From: an uncultured Bacteroidales bacterium
GTDB lineage: Bacteria; Bacteroidota; Bacteroidia; Bacteroidales; VadinHA17
Direction: 5' to 3'
Length of the DNA stretch: 64,000 nucleotides
Assembly (NCBI GenBank): GCA_963733455.1
Contig: CAVTDE010000002.1
Location: 41,259-105,258, forward strand
In this document: positions 50,794 to 60,393 of the stretch, piece after piece
Layout of the letters: every line of letters starts with the position of its first letter
Position numbering within the stretch: position 1 is the first letter of the stretch
The notes under the pieces: model-generated
Told to the model about the DNA's origin: nothing
The model's input: only the letters and a program-made list of their open reading frames with translations
Databases searched by the model: none
Program-made: the position numbers and the translations under genes

Positions 50794-51951
50794 CTATTCA
50801 AAATAATTAAATGTCTTAAACCCGCCGTTCTTGATATGATTCTCCTTCTTCATTTGATGAATATCTGACGTTATCATATCTTCTATAAGTCCCTGGAGAT
50901 CATATTTCGGAACCCACCCGAGCTTCGTCCTTGCCTTCGTTGAGTCGCCGATAAGCAAATCCACCTCAGTCGGTCTGAAATAATTCCTGTCGACCTTCAC
51001 CATCGCCGGATTGGTACGTATCCTTTCCCTGACACCGCCAATAAATTCCTTCCCGATCTTCTCATTGAAAAGCTTTTCATCGACATTCACAATGTTGCCT
51101 GTCTCATTCTCATTTTCCCCTGAGAAATTAAGATCAATCCCGGCTGCCGCAAACGCCTTAAATATAAACTCCCGGATTGAAGTCGTGACTCCCGTCGCAA
51201 TTACATAGTCATCGGGTTTGTCCTGCTGAAGGATAAGGTACATTGCCTTTATATAATCTTTAGCATGTCCCCAGTCGCGACGCGATGAAAGGTTCCCCAT
51301 ATACAGGCAATCCTGCATCCCCAGTGCAATCTTTGCCATAGCCCTGGAGATCTTTCTTGTTACAAAAGTCTCGCCTCTTATCGGAGATTCATGATTAAAG
51401 AGTATCCCGTTGCTGGCATGCAGACCGTAAGCTTCCCTGTAATTGACTGTTATCCAGTAGGCATACAGTTTCGCACATCCATAAGGACTTCTTGGATAAA
51501 AAGGTGTCTTTTCAGTCTGTGGGACTTCCTGGACAAGGCCGTAAAGTTCACTTGTTGATGCCTGGTAGACGCGTGATTTTTGTGTCAGTCCAAGGAGCCT
51601 TACAGCTTCGAGGATCCTGAGAGTTCCGATTCCGTCAGCATTTGCCGTATATTCGGGAGTGTCGAAACTTACCTTTACATGGCTCATTGCCGCGAGGTTA
51701 TAGATCTCATCCGGCTGGCACTCCTGGATGATCTTTGTGACATTCATCGAATCGGTAAGGTCGCCATAGTGAAGGATGAAATCCCTCTTTTCAACATGAG
51801 GATCCTGGTAAAGATGATCAACCCTGTCGGTGTTAAAGAGCGAACTACGGCGCTTTATCCCATGAACGACATAACCTTTTTTAAGCAGGTACTCTGCAAG
51901 GTACGCCCCGTCTTGTCCTGTAACACCGGTAATTAATGCAATTTTTGGCAT
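50794..51951 (-). CDS. gmd: GDP-mannose 4,6-dehydratase
   Basis: [57 protein letters not shown]. Confidence 0.96.
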   Translation of the reverse strand: MPKIALITGVTGQDGAYLAEYLLKKGYVVHGIKRRSSLFNTDRVDHLYQDPHVEKRDFILHYGDLTDSMNVTKIIQECQPDEIYNLAAMSHVKVSFDTPEYTANADGIGTLRILEAVRLLGLTQKSRVYQASTSELYGLVQEVPQTEKTPFYPRSPYGCAKLYAYWITVNYREAYGLHASNGILFNHESPIRGETFVTRKISRAMAKIALGMQDCLYMGNLSSRRDWGHAKDYIKAMYLILQQDKPDDYVIATGVTTSIREFIFKAFAAAGIDLNFSGENENETGNIVNVDEKLFNEKIGKEFIGGVRERIRTNPAMVKVDRNYFRPTEVDLLIGDSTKARTKLGWVPKYDLQGLIEDMITSDIHQMKKENHIKNGGFKTFNYFE

Positions 51952-52196
51952 AGAAAGTAATTAATTGATTTTAACGGGTATTATAGTTTAAATATTGTGA
52001 GATAGAACTACCTGTCTTCCCGAAAGCTGGGGAAGGAGCAAAGCAATCATTTCCCCCCTGGGGGAAATAAGAAAGGGGGTCTGAATCCTTAAGGAGAGGG
52101 AGGGTCGTGTTTTCCAAAGTATAAAATAATTTGAATAGGGTATTAGAACCCCCTTTAGGGGGCAGGGGGTGAACCCTGGAGATTCGAGGGTGCAAT

Positions 52197-53357
52197 TTAC
52201 ATCCACAAATCCTTCACCCTTACCTTTATCTTAAATGCATTATCTATCTTTCTCTCGCTTATAAGTATCAGGTAACCACCGCCTCCGGCACCGGAAAGTT
52301 TCCACGCGAGAGCCGTATCCCTGTACCTGTTGATCACATTCTCTATCTCCGGATTCATCATCTTAGGGAACATTCTGACCTGTGAATTGAATGAATCGAG
52401 AAATCCTTTTGAGAAAGTTTTTATATCCATTTTCGTAAGTCCCTCCCAGGCAAGTTCTGCTGCCTCCGTGAGCTTTCTGACATTTTCTGTAGTTATATCA
52501 GTGCCTTCTAACACATTATACCCGTCCGGACGAGGCCATAAAGTAAGCATGAAGAGCCTCTCCTCAAGCCACCGGATAACATTCAGGTCGGAGATAACTT
52601 CGAATTTTGACGGCCAGTATTTTCCTTTTTCATAGAAAAATTTATTTATTCCCGGCATTGTGATACCTATTGAATCCTGTGATCCGCTTACTTCTTTTGT
52701 ACCGGGGTCGTTATCGTACCTGAAAAGAGTCTTTGCGAGTTTCTCCGGCTTTTCAAGGGGAAGATGGTCATTCCAGAGTTCTATTGCTTTTTTCCTGGTT
52801 GAGGTAGCCATTCCGGAGCGTTCATTGAACTCTATTGTAGGTTCAATTGATGCAGTTATTGCGGCGCCGGGCCAATATTTTGAGACATAAGGCTGGTCGA
52901 TCCAGGTGCCTGCCAGGTCGATCCTGTAAGGCATTGGTTTTATAGCCCTGAGCGCTGTAGTGGATCTTACAGGCAGGTTGGCATGAGGAATTCTTTTAAG
53001 GACTTTATATTCAATTCCGAGTTCCCTGCAAAGCTTTTCTTTTTCAGGGGAATGGCCGTCTTCGTTCACTATAAAGATATCCGGATCAAGGGTTTTCATA
53101 TCATCAAGGAAGTCGATCAGACCGCTGCCTTTATTTACTTTGGCATTCTGAACGCACGAAAGAGCGTTCAGAACGTACTTTCTTTCTTCTTCCGAATTGA
53201 TGGTTTCCCTTCCCTTAAGATCCCTGATAGTCTTGTCGGAGCCGAGTCCGATGTACAGGTCACCGTATCCGGCAGCCTCCTGCAGAAATGCGATATGTCC
53301 CGAGTGAAGCATATCGAAGCAACCCGAAACGAAGACCTTCTTTTTCCTTTCGCCCAT
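52197..53357 (-). CDS. cytidylyl/adenylyltransferase fused to a GHMP sugar-kinase-like domain
   Basis: N-terminal SGCFDMLHSGH (HIGH-type); C-terminal PYRIDLAG, SGSQD and AWKLSGAGGGGY; real start at MGERKKKV, the upstream in-frame part is repeat DNA. Confidence 0.82.
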   Translation of the reverse strand: MGERKKKVFVSGCFDMLHSGHIAFLQEAAGYGDLYIGLGSDKTIRDLKGRETINSEEERKYVLNALSCVQNAKVNKGSGLIDFLDDMKTLDPDIFIVNEDGHSPEKEKLCRELGIEYKVLKRIPHANLPVRSTTALRAIKPMPYRIDLAGTWIDQPYVSKYWPGAAITASIEPTIEFNERSGMATSTRKKAIELWNDHLPLEKPEKLAKTLFRYDNDPGTKEVSGSQDSIGITMPGINKFFYEKGKYWPSKFEVISDLNVIRWLEERLFMLTLWPRPDGYNVLEGTDITTENVRKLTEAAELAWEGLTKMDIKTFSKGFLDSFNSQVRMFPKMMNPEIENVINRYRDTALAWKLSGAGGGGYLILISERKIDNAFKIKVRVKDLWM

Positions 53358-53741
53358 TGAAACAGGTATTGGTTTGTTGAAAACAAATATAGGAGTTTTT
53401 AATAAATCCTTTCCCAAATAAGCCTGATGCCAATCTAAAAAGATCCTCCTCCCGGAACGGCTCAACGGCATAACGGCTAACGGCTCCACGGCCAAACGGC
53501 TCTTAAGAATCAGCCTTACAACGCGAATATTTTTCTCCCCCCTGGGGGAGATGCCGAGCTTGCGAGGCAGAGGGGGTTCTAATCCAGGCAGAAACCCCCT
53601 TCCCGGCCTTCCCCCAGGGGGGGAAGGAGCGAAATCCAGTACACGGAACCCGGGTTTCCAGCTGCTTTTGAACAAGATCCTTTTAATTGCATAATTACCC
53701 TATAAATCCTAAATTTACATTGCACCCAAAATGACATTAAT

Positions 53742-54122
53742 ATGGTACCTTATTCTAAAAACACTGATTACACCTCTTTCAATCGTTACTGCAAGATCCT
53801 CACCCTCCAGGATAATCCGGAATTAATAGAAAAATACAAGGAAGTCCATAAACCGGGCAATGTATGGCCAATAGTAGGAAAAGGTATCCGGGAGGTGGGC
53901 ATCCTCGACATGGAGATCTATATCCATGGCACCACCGTCTTTATGATAATGGACACTGTTCCCGGCTTCGACCACGACAATGCCATGAAAGAGCTTGCTG
54001 CAAAGCCCATGCAAAAGGAGTGGGAGGAGTATGTTTCACAATTTCAACAGGCAGGGGAGTTATCGGCCACTCCGGAGAAATGGGAACTGGTAGAGAGGAT
54101 ATTCGAGCTGGGTAAGGGGTAA
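53742..54122 (+). CDS. L-rhamnose mutarotase family protein
   Basis: L.L.D.PELI.KY..VH...VWP, GI.DMEIY, FMIM, WE.YVS.FQ, W..VERIF. Confidence 0.85.
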   Translation: MVPYSKNTDYTSFNRYCKILTLQDNPELIEKYKEVHKPGNVWPIVGKGIREVGILDMEIYIHGTTVFMIMDTVPGFDHDNAMKELAAKPMQKEWEEYVSQFQQAGELSATPEKWELVERIFELGKG

Positions 54123-54135
54123 TTCTATTAGTTTT

Positions 54136-54313
54136 GCAATTCTGCGATTTCAGGGGACTCAGATTGCTCGCGAGAGGTGAACAACATTCGAAAGGATCAG
54201 CCGGAGGGTCAAAAACATTTTATATAGCTGAAGATCAGTCCTATGTTTCTCATGAAACTGCTCTTGACCGAAGAGCCAAAATACAGGCATTAGAATTGCA
54301 GAATTGCAGAATT
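54136..54313 (+). pseudogene. four-helix-bundle remnant between inverted octamer arms
   Basis: Encodes SKGSAG..KT.YIAEDQSYVSHE, matching the family C-terminal AKGS.GE..TQLYIA.D.GY pattern; GCAATTCTGC at 54136 is inverted relative to the (AGAATTGC) run at 54292-54313. Confidence 0.6.
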
Positions 54314-54318
54314 AAAGT

Positions 54319-55422
54319 TTAGTTCCGTCTCGAGTGCATCAACCCCAACACTTCCATCATTTTATCGAAGATATCAGTATTATCATATATCCCCACAAAC
54401 TTCTCCGCCCCCGGACCATACACATACACCGGCACCATAACCCCGGTATGACCTTTCGTTGAAAAACTAAGCCTGACAGTGTGAGCAAGCGTATCAGCTT
54501 CGACGATCTTCACCCCTCCCGATTCATGGTCAGCTGTTATTATAACCAGGGTGTGTCCGTCGCTTTCGGCAAAATCAAGAGCCACTCCTACAGCTTCATC
54601 AAAATCAAGTGTCTCATCAATAAGCAATTCAGCATTATTGTCGGCGGCTGCCCAGTCGATCTGAGCTCCTTCGATCATCAGAAAAAATCCTTTCTTGCCC
54701 TGGTTTAAAATGTCAATAGCTTTTCCTGACGATGCCGGGAGCATATTTCCCCTTCCCTGTGTCCGGTACGGGGGATTGAAAGCTGCAGTCAGACCTGCAA
54801 GTTTTTTGGAAGAAGAATTTATAATCTGATTCATTGAGGAGTCAACTTCATAACCCTTGAATCTAAGGCTGTCAACAAGATTAAGTTTGTCTGTCCTTCT
54901 GGCAAAATTATCATACCCTCCTCCGATAAAGACATCGATATCAGTCTTCAGAAAGTCCATTGCAATATTTTCGTAGCTGGCTCTGCTTAACTCATGGGCG
55001 ATAAATGCCGCCGGTGTGGCATGAGTTATTGATGAGGTAGATACCAATCCGGTAGCCAGACCATTTTCCTCTGCAATTTCAAGGATGGATGTTAAGCTCT
55101 TCCCCTGTGAGTCCACTCCGATTGCTCCGTTATAAGTCTTATTTCCTGTCGCCAGGGCAGTCGCTGCCGCTGCAGAATCGGTAATTTTATTACCGGAAGA
55201 ATATGATGTCTGAAATCCGAGTACACCGCACCTCTCAATATTGAGTGGCGTGGCGGAGACAGTCATCGCAGCATATACCGTCGGAAGCCCCATGCCATCG
55301 CCGATCATGAGGATAATGTTTTTTACTTCATGTGATTCTCCGGAAATTATCTTTTCAGATTGATCACATGAAAACAGCGATATAATCAATATTGTCAGCA
55401 ACAAGATTGATAGTTTCTTCAT
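54319..55422 (-). CDS. alkaline phosphatase (PhoA family lipoprotein)
   Basis: MIGDGMG, catalytic TDSAAAATA, THATPA.F, IEG.QID.A, TADHESGG, GHTG..VP. Confidence 0.9.
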   Translation of the reverse strand: MKKLSILLLTILIISLFSCDQSEKIISGESHEVKNIILMIGDGMGLPTVYAAMTVSATPLNIERCGVLGFQTSYSSGNKITDSAAAATALATGNKTYNGAIGVDSQGKSLTSILEIAEENGLATGLVSTSSITHATPAAFIAHELSRASYENIAMDFLKTDIDVFIGGGYDNFARRTDKLNLVDSLRFKGYEVDSSMNQIINSSSKKLAGLTAAFNPPYRTQGRGNMLPASSGKAIDILNQGKKGFFLMIEGAQIDWAAADNNAELLIDETLDFDEAVGVALDFAESDGHTLVIITADHESGGVKIVEADTLAHTVRLSFSTKGHTGVMVPVYVYGPGAEKFVGIYDNTDIFDKMMEVLGLMHSRRN

Positions 55423-55599
55423 CTCGGGAAGAGTATATGAGCATAACAGTAAATTCGGGCTAAAGTTAAGGAATTAGTTTACGCCTAACCAACATCGTCG
55501 TAAGAGCAAGCCTTACAACGTGCATAGTTTTTCTCCCCCCCGGGGGAGGTGCCGGGCTTGCGAGGCAGAGGGGGTTTCTAACACAGGTAGCAATATAAT

Positions 55600-56295
55600 T
55601 TAGCTTATAAGTGGGAATTTACGATACATTTTCAATAATTGCACTGTCTCTGCCTTGAGTTTGCTTTTTACAAAATCCTTTAAATTTGGATCAACCAGTT
55701 CACCCAGCCCGAATAAAAGATTTTTGGATTTTAGTTTTTCAATTCTTGAAATACATAGATCAATGTAGTTTTCAAACTTTTGCCCCATGCGGATTTCAAT
55801 TATTCCACTGTTCACAGGAGTTTTTTGACTCATGAAATAATAAATGTCAAATACATCCCGGTTAGTAAAGATCTTCCTGTCAAGCAATGCGCACAATTTA
55901 TGAGCAAATAAATCAGGTTTGACCATTACATTCATTGCTATCCCGAGGTAGTTTTTTACTTCGTAGCTGTCGGGGAATTGTCTGTTGGAGATTTCTATTT
56001 TCAGGTTTCTTTCATTTGCACCATAATCCAAAACCAGCAGGAGGCCAAAGTGTTTTACCGCTTCATCCTTTATTGAACCGTAATTTAGTAATATTGACCT
56101 TATTTTATTAAATATAGTACTACTCTCCGGATTAAGAAGGTTAAAATCAAGATCTACCGAGAATCTCGGCAGATCATAAAACAACATTTGCGCTGTTCCT
56201 CCTTTAAAACCAAGTGAAGTGGCCAACTCTATATCAGAATATATATCTTTCAAAAGCGAGACTAGAAAGAACTTATGTTTATTTATGTCGAGCAT
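55600..56295 (-). CDS. abiEii: AbiEii-family nucleotidyltransferase toxin (type IV TA)
   Basis: FKGGTA..LFYDLPRFSVDLDF, LKIEIS, AHKLCAL..R....RD.FD. Confidence 0.88.
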   Translation of the reverse strand: MLDINKHKFFLVSLLKDIYSDIELATSLGFKGGTAQMLFYDLPRFSVDLDFNLLNPESSTIFNKIRSILLNYGSIKDEAVKHFGLLLVLDYGANERNLKIEISNRQFPDSYEVKNYLGIAMNVMVKPDLFAHKLCALLDRKIFTNRDVFDIYYFMSQKTPVNSGIIEIRMGQKFENYIDLCISRIEKLKSKNLLFGLGELVDPNLKDFVKSKLKAETVQLLKMYRKFPLIS

Positions 56296-56856
56296 TTATA
56301 AAAATTTGGTGATCCGTTTATTTAATTGTTTCGAATTATAGATAGGAAGCAAATTGTATACAATCTCCTCTTTAAGATTGTGTACTGTATCAAGATAAAT
56401 CGCATTATTCAGATATAAGAAATCCAGGAATGCCCGTTCAGCAGTTGCAATATTGATCCCGTTATTTTCTGTAGTTATGCCAGAGGTATTATATAAGATA
56501 TCATTTTTAATTTTGCGGTATCTTAAGGAAAGGCCATCAACGTCTATTTCCCGGCTCAGATAGCAGACATTGGTTATCTGGGTCGAGTACTGAAAAACAT
56601 TGCCTGATTTCTGCAATACATATTCCAGTGAAATATAGGAAGGTGCAAATATTTTACAAGCAAGCTCTTCGGGGGAATAGCTCTCTTTTACATAAATCCC
56701 GCGCCTGATATTCCTTAATTTGCCTTTTTTAACAAAATAATGAATCCGCTGTTTTAACCGGTTAAAATCAGATTCATTTAATAATATAGCAAATTCCTGC
56801 AGGGTAAAAACTGTTCTTTTATCCCTGTAAACTTCAAAAATAAAATCCATGCCCAT
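56296..56856 (-). CDS. abiEi: AbiEi-family antitoxin / winged-helix regulator
   Basis: L.NIRRGIY, PSYISLEY.L, AT.ERAFLD.LY; directly upstream of abiEii. Confidence 0.85.
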   Translation of the reverse strand: MGMDFIFEVYRDKRTVFTLQEFAILLNESDFNRLKQRIHYFVKKGKLRNIRRGIYVKESYSPEELACKIFAPSYISLEYVLQKSGNVFQYSTQITNVCYLSREIDVDGLSLRYRKIKNDILYNTSGITTENNGINIATAERAFLDFLYLNNAIYLDTVHNLKEEIVYNLLPIYNSKQLNKRITKFL

Positions 56857-56918
56857 CAGATATTCTTTATCTGGTCATTTATAAACTAAATGTAAGATAT
56901 TTTATTACCTTTAGTTCA

Positions 56919-56926
56919 CAAAGATA
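56919..56926 (-). promoter_or_regulatory. Bacteroidota -7 promoter box upstream of abiEi
   Basis: TATCTTTG on the minus strand, about 60 bp upstream of the start. Confidence 0.45.
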
Positions 56927-57181
56927 ATAAAATATCACAAAATAGGGCTTACTTTAAAGGAAAGAATATTGTATTGTTAAGTTAAATCGTAAAAAGGTAA
57001 AAGAAATCCTTTTAACCATTTCCCCCTTGGGGGAAACAGGAAAGGGGGACAATAATTCATTGGGGGAAGGAGCGAAATCCAGTGCCTGGAACTGGCACCC
57101 AGCAACCACAGCACCCGGCAACCAGCACCCAGGCACCCAGCAACCAGCAACCAGCACCTGCCTTTAAGTCGACAAAATGTT

Positions 57182-58738
57182 TTAATTCGATCGTGCCTTC
57201 TTAAAGAGTATATTCCACGAGGACTTCGCCAGATACCTGACATCAGTCATCACAGGACTTTTATCATACGAATCAAGATATCTGATCTCCGATGCCTGGA
57301 TCTCCTCCAGATCCGACGGCATGTCGGCATAGAAAGGAGGGATAAGCCCCGGCTTGTACTTTATCCTCCTCACACGGAGCTCTTCGGTGTATAATTCGAA
57401 ATAGTGCTTGCTCAGGGGCCTCACCCCGACAAGCTTCATATTTCCTTTAAAGAAGTTGATGAACATCGGGAACTCATCAAGCCATACCCTTCTGCAGATG
57501 CCTCCCCATGATGTTATTCTGAAGTCATCCCTGAACTTTCCACCCTGCTGCAGATCGTGCATTTTGTATACATAATCCTGGATGAACTCGGAGTATGGAT
57601 GCATAGTCCGTAACTTATACACCTTTATAAGGTCGCCATACATTCCAACTCTCGGGAGGGCGATAAGCGGACCATAAGTTGTGCCATTGATGTAAATGGG
57701 GTCGGTCATCTTCATAGCCTCAATGCAAAGGTAGCGACCAATAAACGACTCCTGGTTTATCATGAATCCTGCTCTTGAAAGTCTTCCCAGCGCTTCAGCC
57801 CTCGATATGACAGTATTTGAACCGCGGGTGATCATATTATAAAGTCCCTGGGTGAACTTAAGCTTCGGAAGAACTCTTTTTACAACAAAATCAGCCGTAT
57901 AAAATATGTAATTCAAAACAGGCGGATACTTCCTTAGCAGTCTTGCCTTACGCTGATCCTTGGTTTCGACGCAGCACAGGAATAATCCCTTGAATTCAAG
58001 CTTTGAATTCACTTCATCAAGGAACCTGTCGAGTCTTGTGATGTCGTTTATCTTATGAAGGTTGACTATATAGTCATACTTCTCTCTGGGCAGGTTTGAA
58101 ATATTAAAAAGTGTTGTTGTCGAAACTATAGCTGTACGGTCGTTAAGCCTTGTGCCAGTCATCTTAATGATGGCATGGGCCATTTCAGTTCCGCATTCCA
58201 TCTCAATTGCCCCGAGAACCTTTGGATTTATCTCAGCCGATGTTGCAGGTTTTCGCCCGTGGCCATTGCCATTTCCGTTTGCTTTTTTGACAAGCTCATA
58301 TTCGCTCTTCTTTATAGTCTTGAAATCGCTGTAATTCTCATAATCCTGAATTTTAGCTCTCTTAACGGCTAAAAATGCTGCTCCCACTAAAAGTTCGAGG
58401 ATTGTTGCTATTCCTGCAGTTCCCAGGACAACTATTCTTGAATACGAATACTCCCTGAGAGCGTACATCAAAAGAGCTGTGACTGACAGGGCAATAACGT
58501 TGCTGCTGATGACCCTGAAAAAGAGTGATTTATAGTTTATAATCTTTCCCCTGTGCATCTTACCGTTAATCAGCGATACAGCCAGCCATACCAAAGCCAG
58601 ACCCGTAAAAAACAAGCTGTGGGAGGGGAGATATCCTTTGAAGCCTGAGGGCTTGAAAGAAGCAACTATCAGGAATGATACTGCAAGTATAAGAATATCA
58701 GCAAATAAAGTAATTGCTCTGAATCTCTTAATCTCCAT
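57182..58738 (-). CDS. priming sugar transferase (Bac_transf domain) with N-terminal TM region and an extra central domain
   Basis: Four N-terminal TM helices; C-terminal RVG..G.LI.VYKLRTM, D.RIT.WG, LDE.P, G.MKLVGVRP, KPGL. Confidence 0.82.
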   Translation of the reverse strand: MEIKRFRAITLFADILILAVSFLIVASFKPSGFKGYLPSHSLFFTGLALVWLAVSLINGKMHRGKIINYKSLFFRVISSNVIALSVTALLMYALREYSYSRIVVLGTAGIATILELLVGAAFLAVKRAKIQDYENYSDFKTIKKSEYELVKKANGNGNGHGRKPATSAEINPKVLGAIEMECGTEMAHAIIKMTGTRLNDRTAIVSTTTLFNISNLPREKYDYIVNLHKINDITRLDRFLDEVNSKLEFKGLFLCCVETKDQRKARLLRKYPPVLNYIFYTADFVVKRVLPKLKFTQGLYNMITRGSNTVISRAEALGRLSRAGFMINQESFIGRYLCIEAMKMTDPIYINGTTYGPLIALPRVGMYGDLIKVYKLRTMHPYSEFIQDYVYKMHDLQQGGKFRDDFRITSWGGICRRVWLDEFPMFINFFKGNMKLVGVRPLSKHYFELYTEELRVRRIKYKPGLIPPFYADMPSDLEEIQASEIRYLDSYDKSPVMTDVRYLAKSSWNILFKKARSN

Positions 58739-59103
58739 TAACTTCCGGGAATTGGGGTTTTTATCCTAAATGTGAAATTAGACAAATTTCTAATACAGAT
58801 CCTAAATTTGGACTGCTTTTTTTATTAAAACTTACAAGACCGGTCCCCAACTCACAATACCTGCTTCCTGGCCTACAAAGTCCCCCATCCCGGATTGCAG
58901 CCACCCCCTGCCTCAAGGGGGTTCAATTCAAATTTTATTCAACCCCCAACCCCACCACATACCTCCCCTGCAGGCTGGCCCCTTCGCTTTAAATAATTAC
59001 TGGATTTCAGCCCCCCCTTGGGGGGGTTTGGGGGGGTCTTGGTTTTTCCAACGGCTTTAAAGCCGTGGTTTCGGTTTTGGCATCTGTTTTTATGCTCTAA
59101 ATT

Positions 59104-59331
59104 GATGGAACCGCTCCGCGGTTCAAATTGTGACCTGACCTATCTGTCTATAATGATGAAACCGCTCCGCGGTTTTAATCAAGCAGGATGCCAAAAAATA
59201 AAACAACCGCGGAGCGGTTTCATCATTCTGGTAACGGCAATAACACAAAATAAAATAACCGCGGAGCGGTTTCATCATTCTAGTAACGGCAATAATACAG
59301 AATATAACAACCGCGGAGCGGTTTCATCATT
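59104..59331. repeat. REP-like cluster, five copies of AACCGCGGAGCGGTTTCATCATT (two reversed, three forward)
   Basis: Copies at 59104 and 59152 (reverse) and at 59205, 59257 and 59309 (52-bp period). Confidence 0.9.
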
Positions 59332-60197
59332 TTAGGTTTCGCCTCGTGCTAAATGTATTCAATTCCTACGGCCTGATCCCGACTTGCAATGCTTTCATCT
59401 CCGTTGCGCCTGTACAAGATTCCTGATCCTAATCTGGCTCCTCGCTAAAAATACCCACAGGGTTTTTTATTAACGCCTGCCTGGCCGGTAGGCAGGCTAA
59501 TTTTTTAACGCTCGGTCCTCTAAAAAGGGTTTTAAAAAATTACTGGATTTCAGCCCCCCCTTGGGGGGGTTTGGGGGGGTCTCTGAGACCCATTAACCCT
59601 GGTTTAACCACGGCTTAAAAGCCGTGGTTAATTGATATGTTCTAATTGCCTTAGTACTGGGAAGTTAGGATTGCTTCGGCTCCCGCTAACGCGGGATCCT
59701 CGTAATGACCCTAAACTTCGTATGCTTTTAGTTGTAAAGAATTTAAGTATTTGGCGGTGCGCAGGCAATCTGGAAACGGTGCGAACCGAGGAAGGCTTCA
59801 GCCTGACGAGCTCGGCGAAGCCAACTTCAGTCTGTTTCGTAGCGCGGTTAAGGCTTTGTGTAGCGGGCGTAGAAACAGACTGAACTTTTCGTTTGCCTTC
59901 GGCGAGCTCGCGAAATTTCATACTAACGCTATCGCGAATTGAATTTGTAATTTTCGCTCGGTTCCAGCGCCTTTTCTTTATTACTTTCTTTTGTCGTTTC
60001 ACCCCCTTCCCCCTAAAGGGGGTTTAAAGAACCATTTTTCTGGATCAAATCTCATACGCGGAAAATATATCAAGAGAATGATGATTACCTATATGTATAG
60101 GCCTTGTAGAGGGCGGTACCATGGCAAACCCGAGAACGGTGCGAACCGGGGTCCCTACATCCGCTGGATCCTCATAATGACCTTATATTCCTAGAGT

Positions 60198-60393
60198 GTT
60201 ACATTATTAGCAGAGGTGCGGCGGACAACCGGAAATGGCGCGAACTTAAGCCATGCCCGTAGCGCCAATATGGCATGTGTAGCGAGCGAAGGGAATGGCT
60301 TAAGTTATTATTTCCGGCCGCTTTTCTTTGTTACTTTCTTTTACGGGTAAAAGAAAGTAAAAGAATAAATTTGGGCGAGCAAAAAATGAACAA
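60198..60393. other. long-stem structured repeat element, copy B1 (candidate structured RNA or DNA)
   Basis: Nested stems CCGGAAAT/ATTTCCGG and AACTTAAGCCAT/ATGGCTTAAGTT, plus a perfect 13-bp hairpin TTACTTTCTTTTA-CGGG-TAAAAGAAAGTAA. Confidence 0.65.

Larger units (their letters stand above)
53512..55587. repeat. pair of 77-79 bp direct repeats (53512-53588 and 55509-55587)
   Basis: AGCCTTACAACG...TTTTCTCCCCCC.GGGGGAG.TGCCG.GCTTGCGAGGCAGAGGGGGTT..CTAA..CAGG in both copies. Confidence 0.85.

Noticed and set aside
53358-53675. 106-aa N-terminal extension of the nucleotidyltransferase-GHMP ORF
   Set aside because: It is made of hairpin and heptamer repeat DNA; the recognisable domain starts at 53357.
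59205-59331. 52-bp period repeats as a mini-CRISPR
   Set aside because: There are only three units, spacers are about 14 bp, A-rich and similar, and inverted copies lie alongside; this fits a REP-like cluster better.
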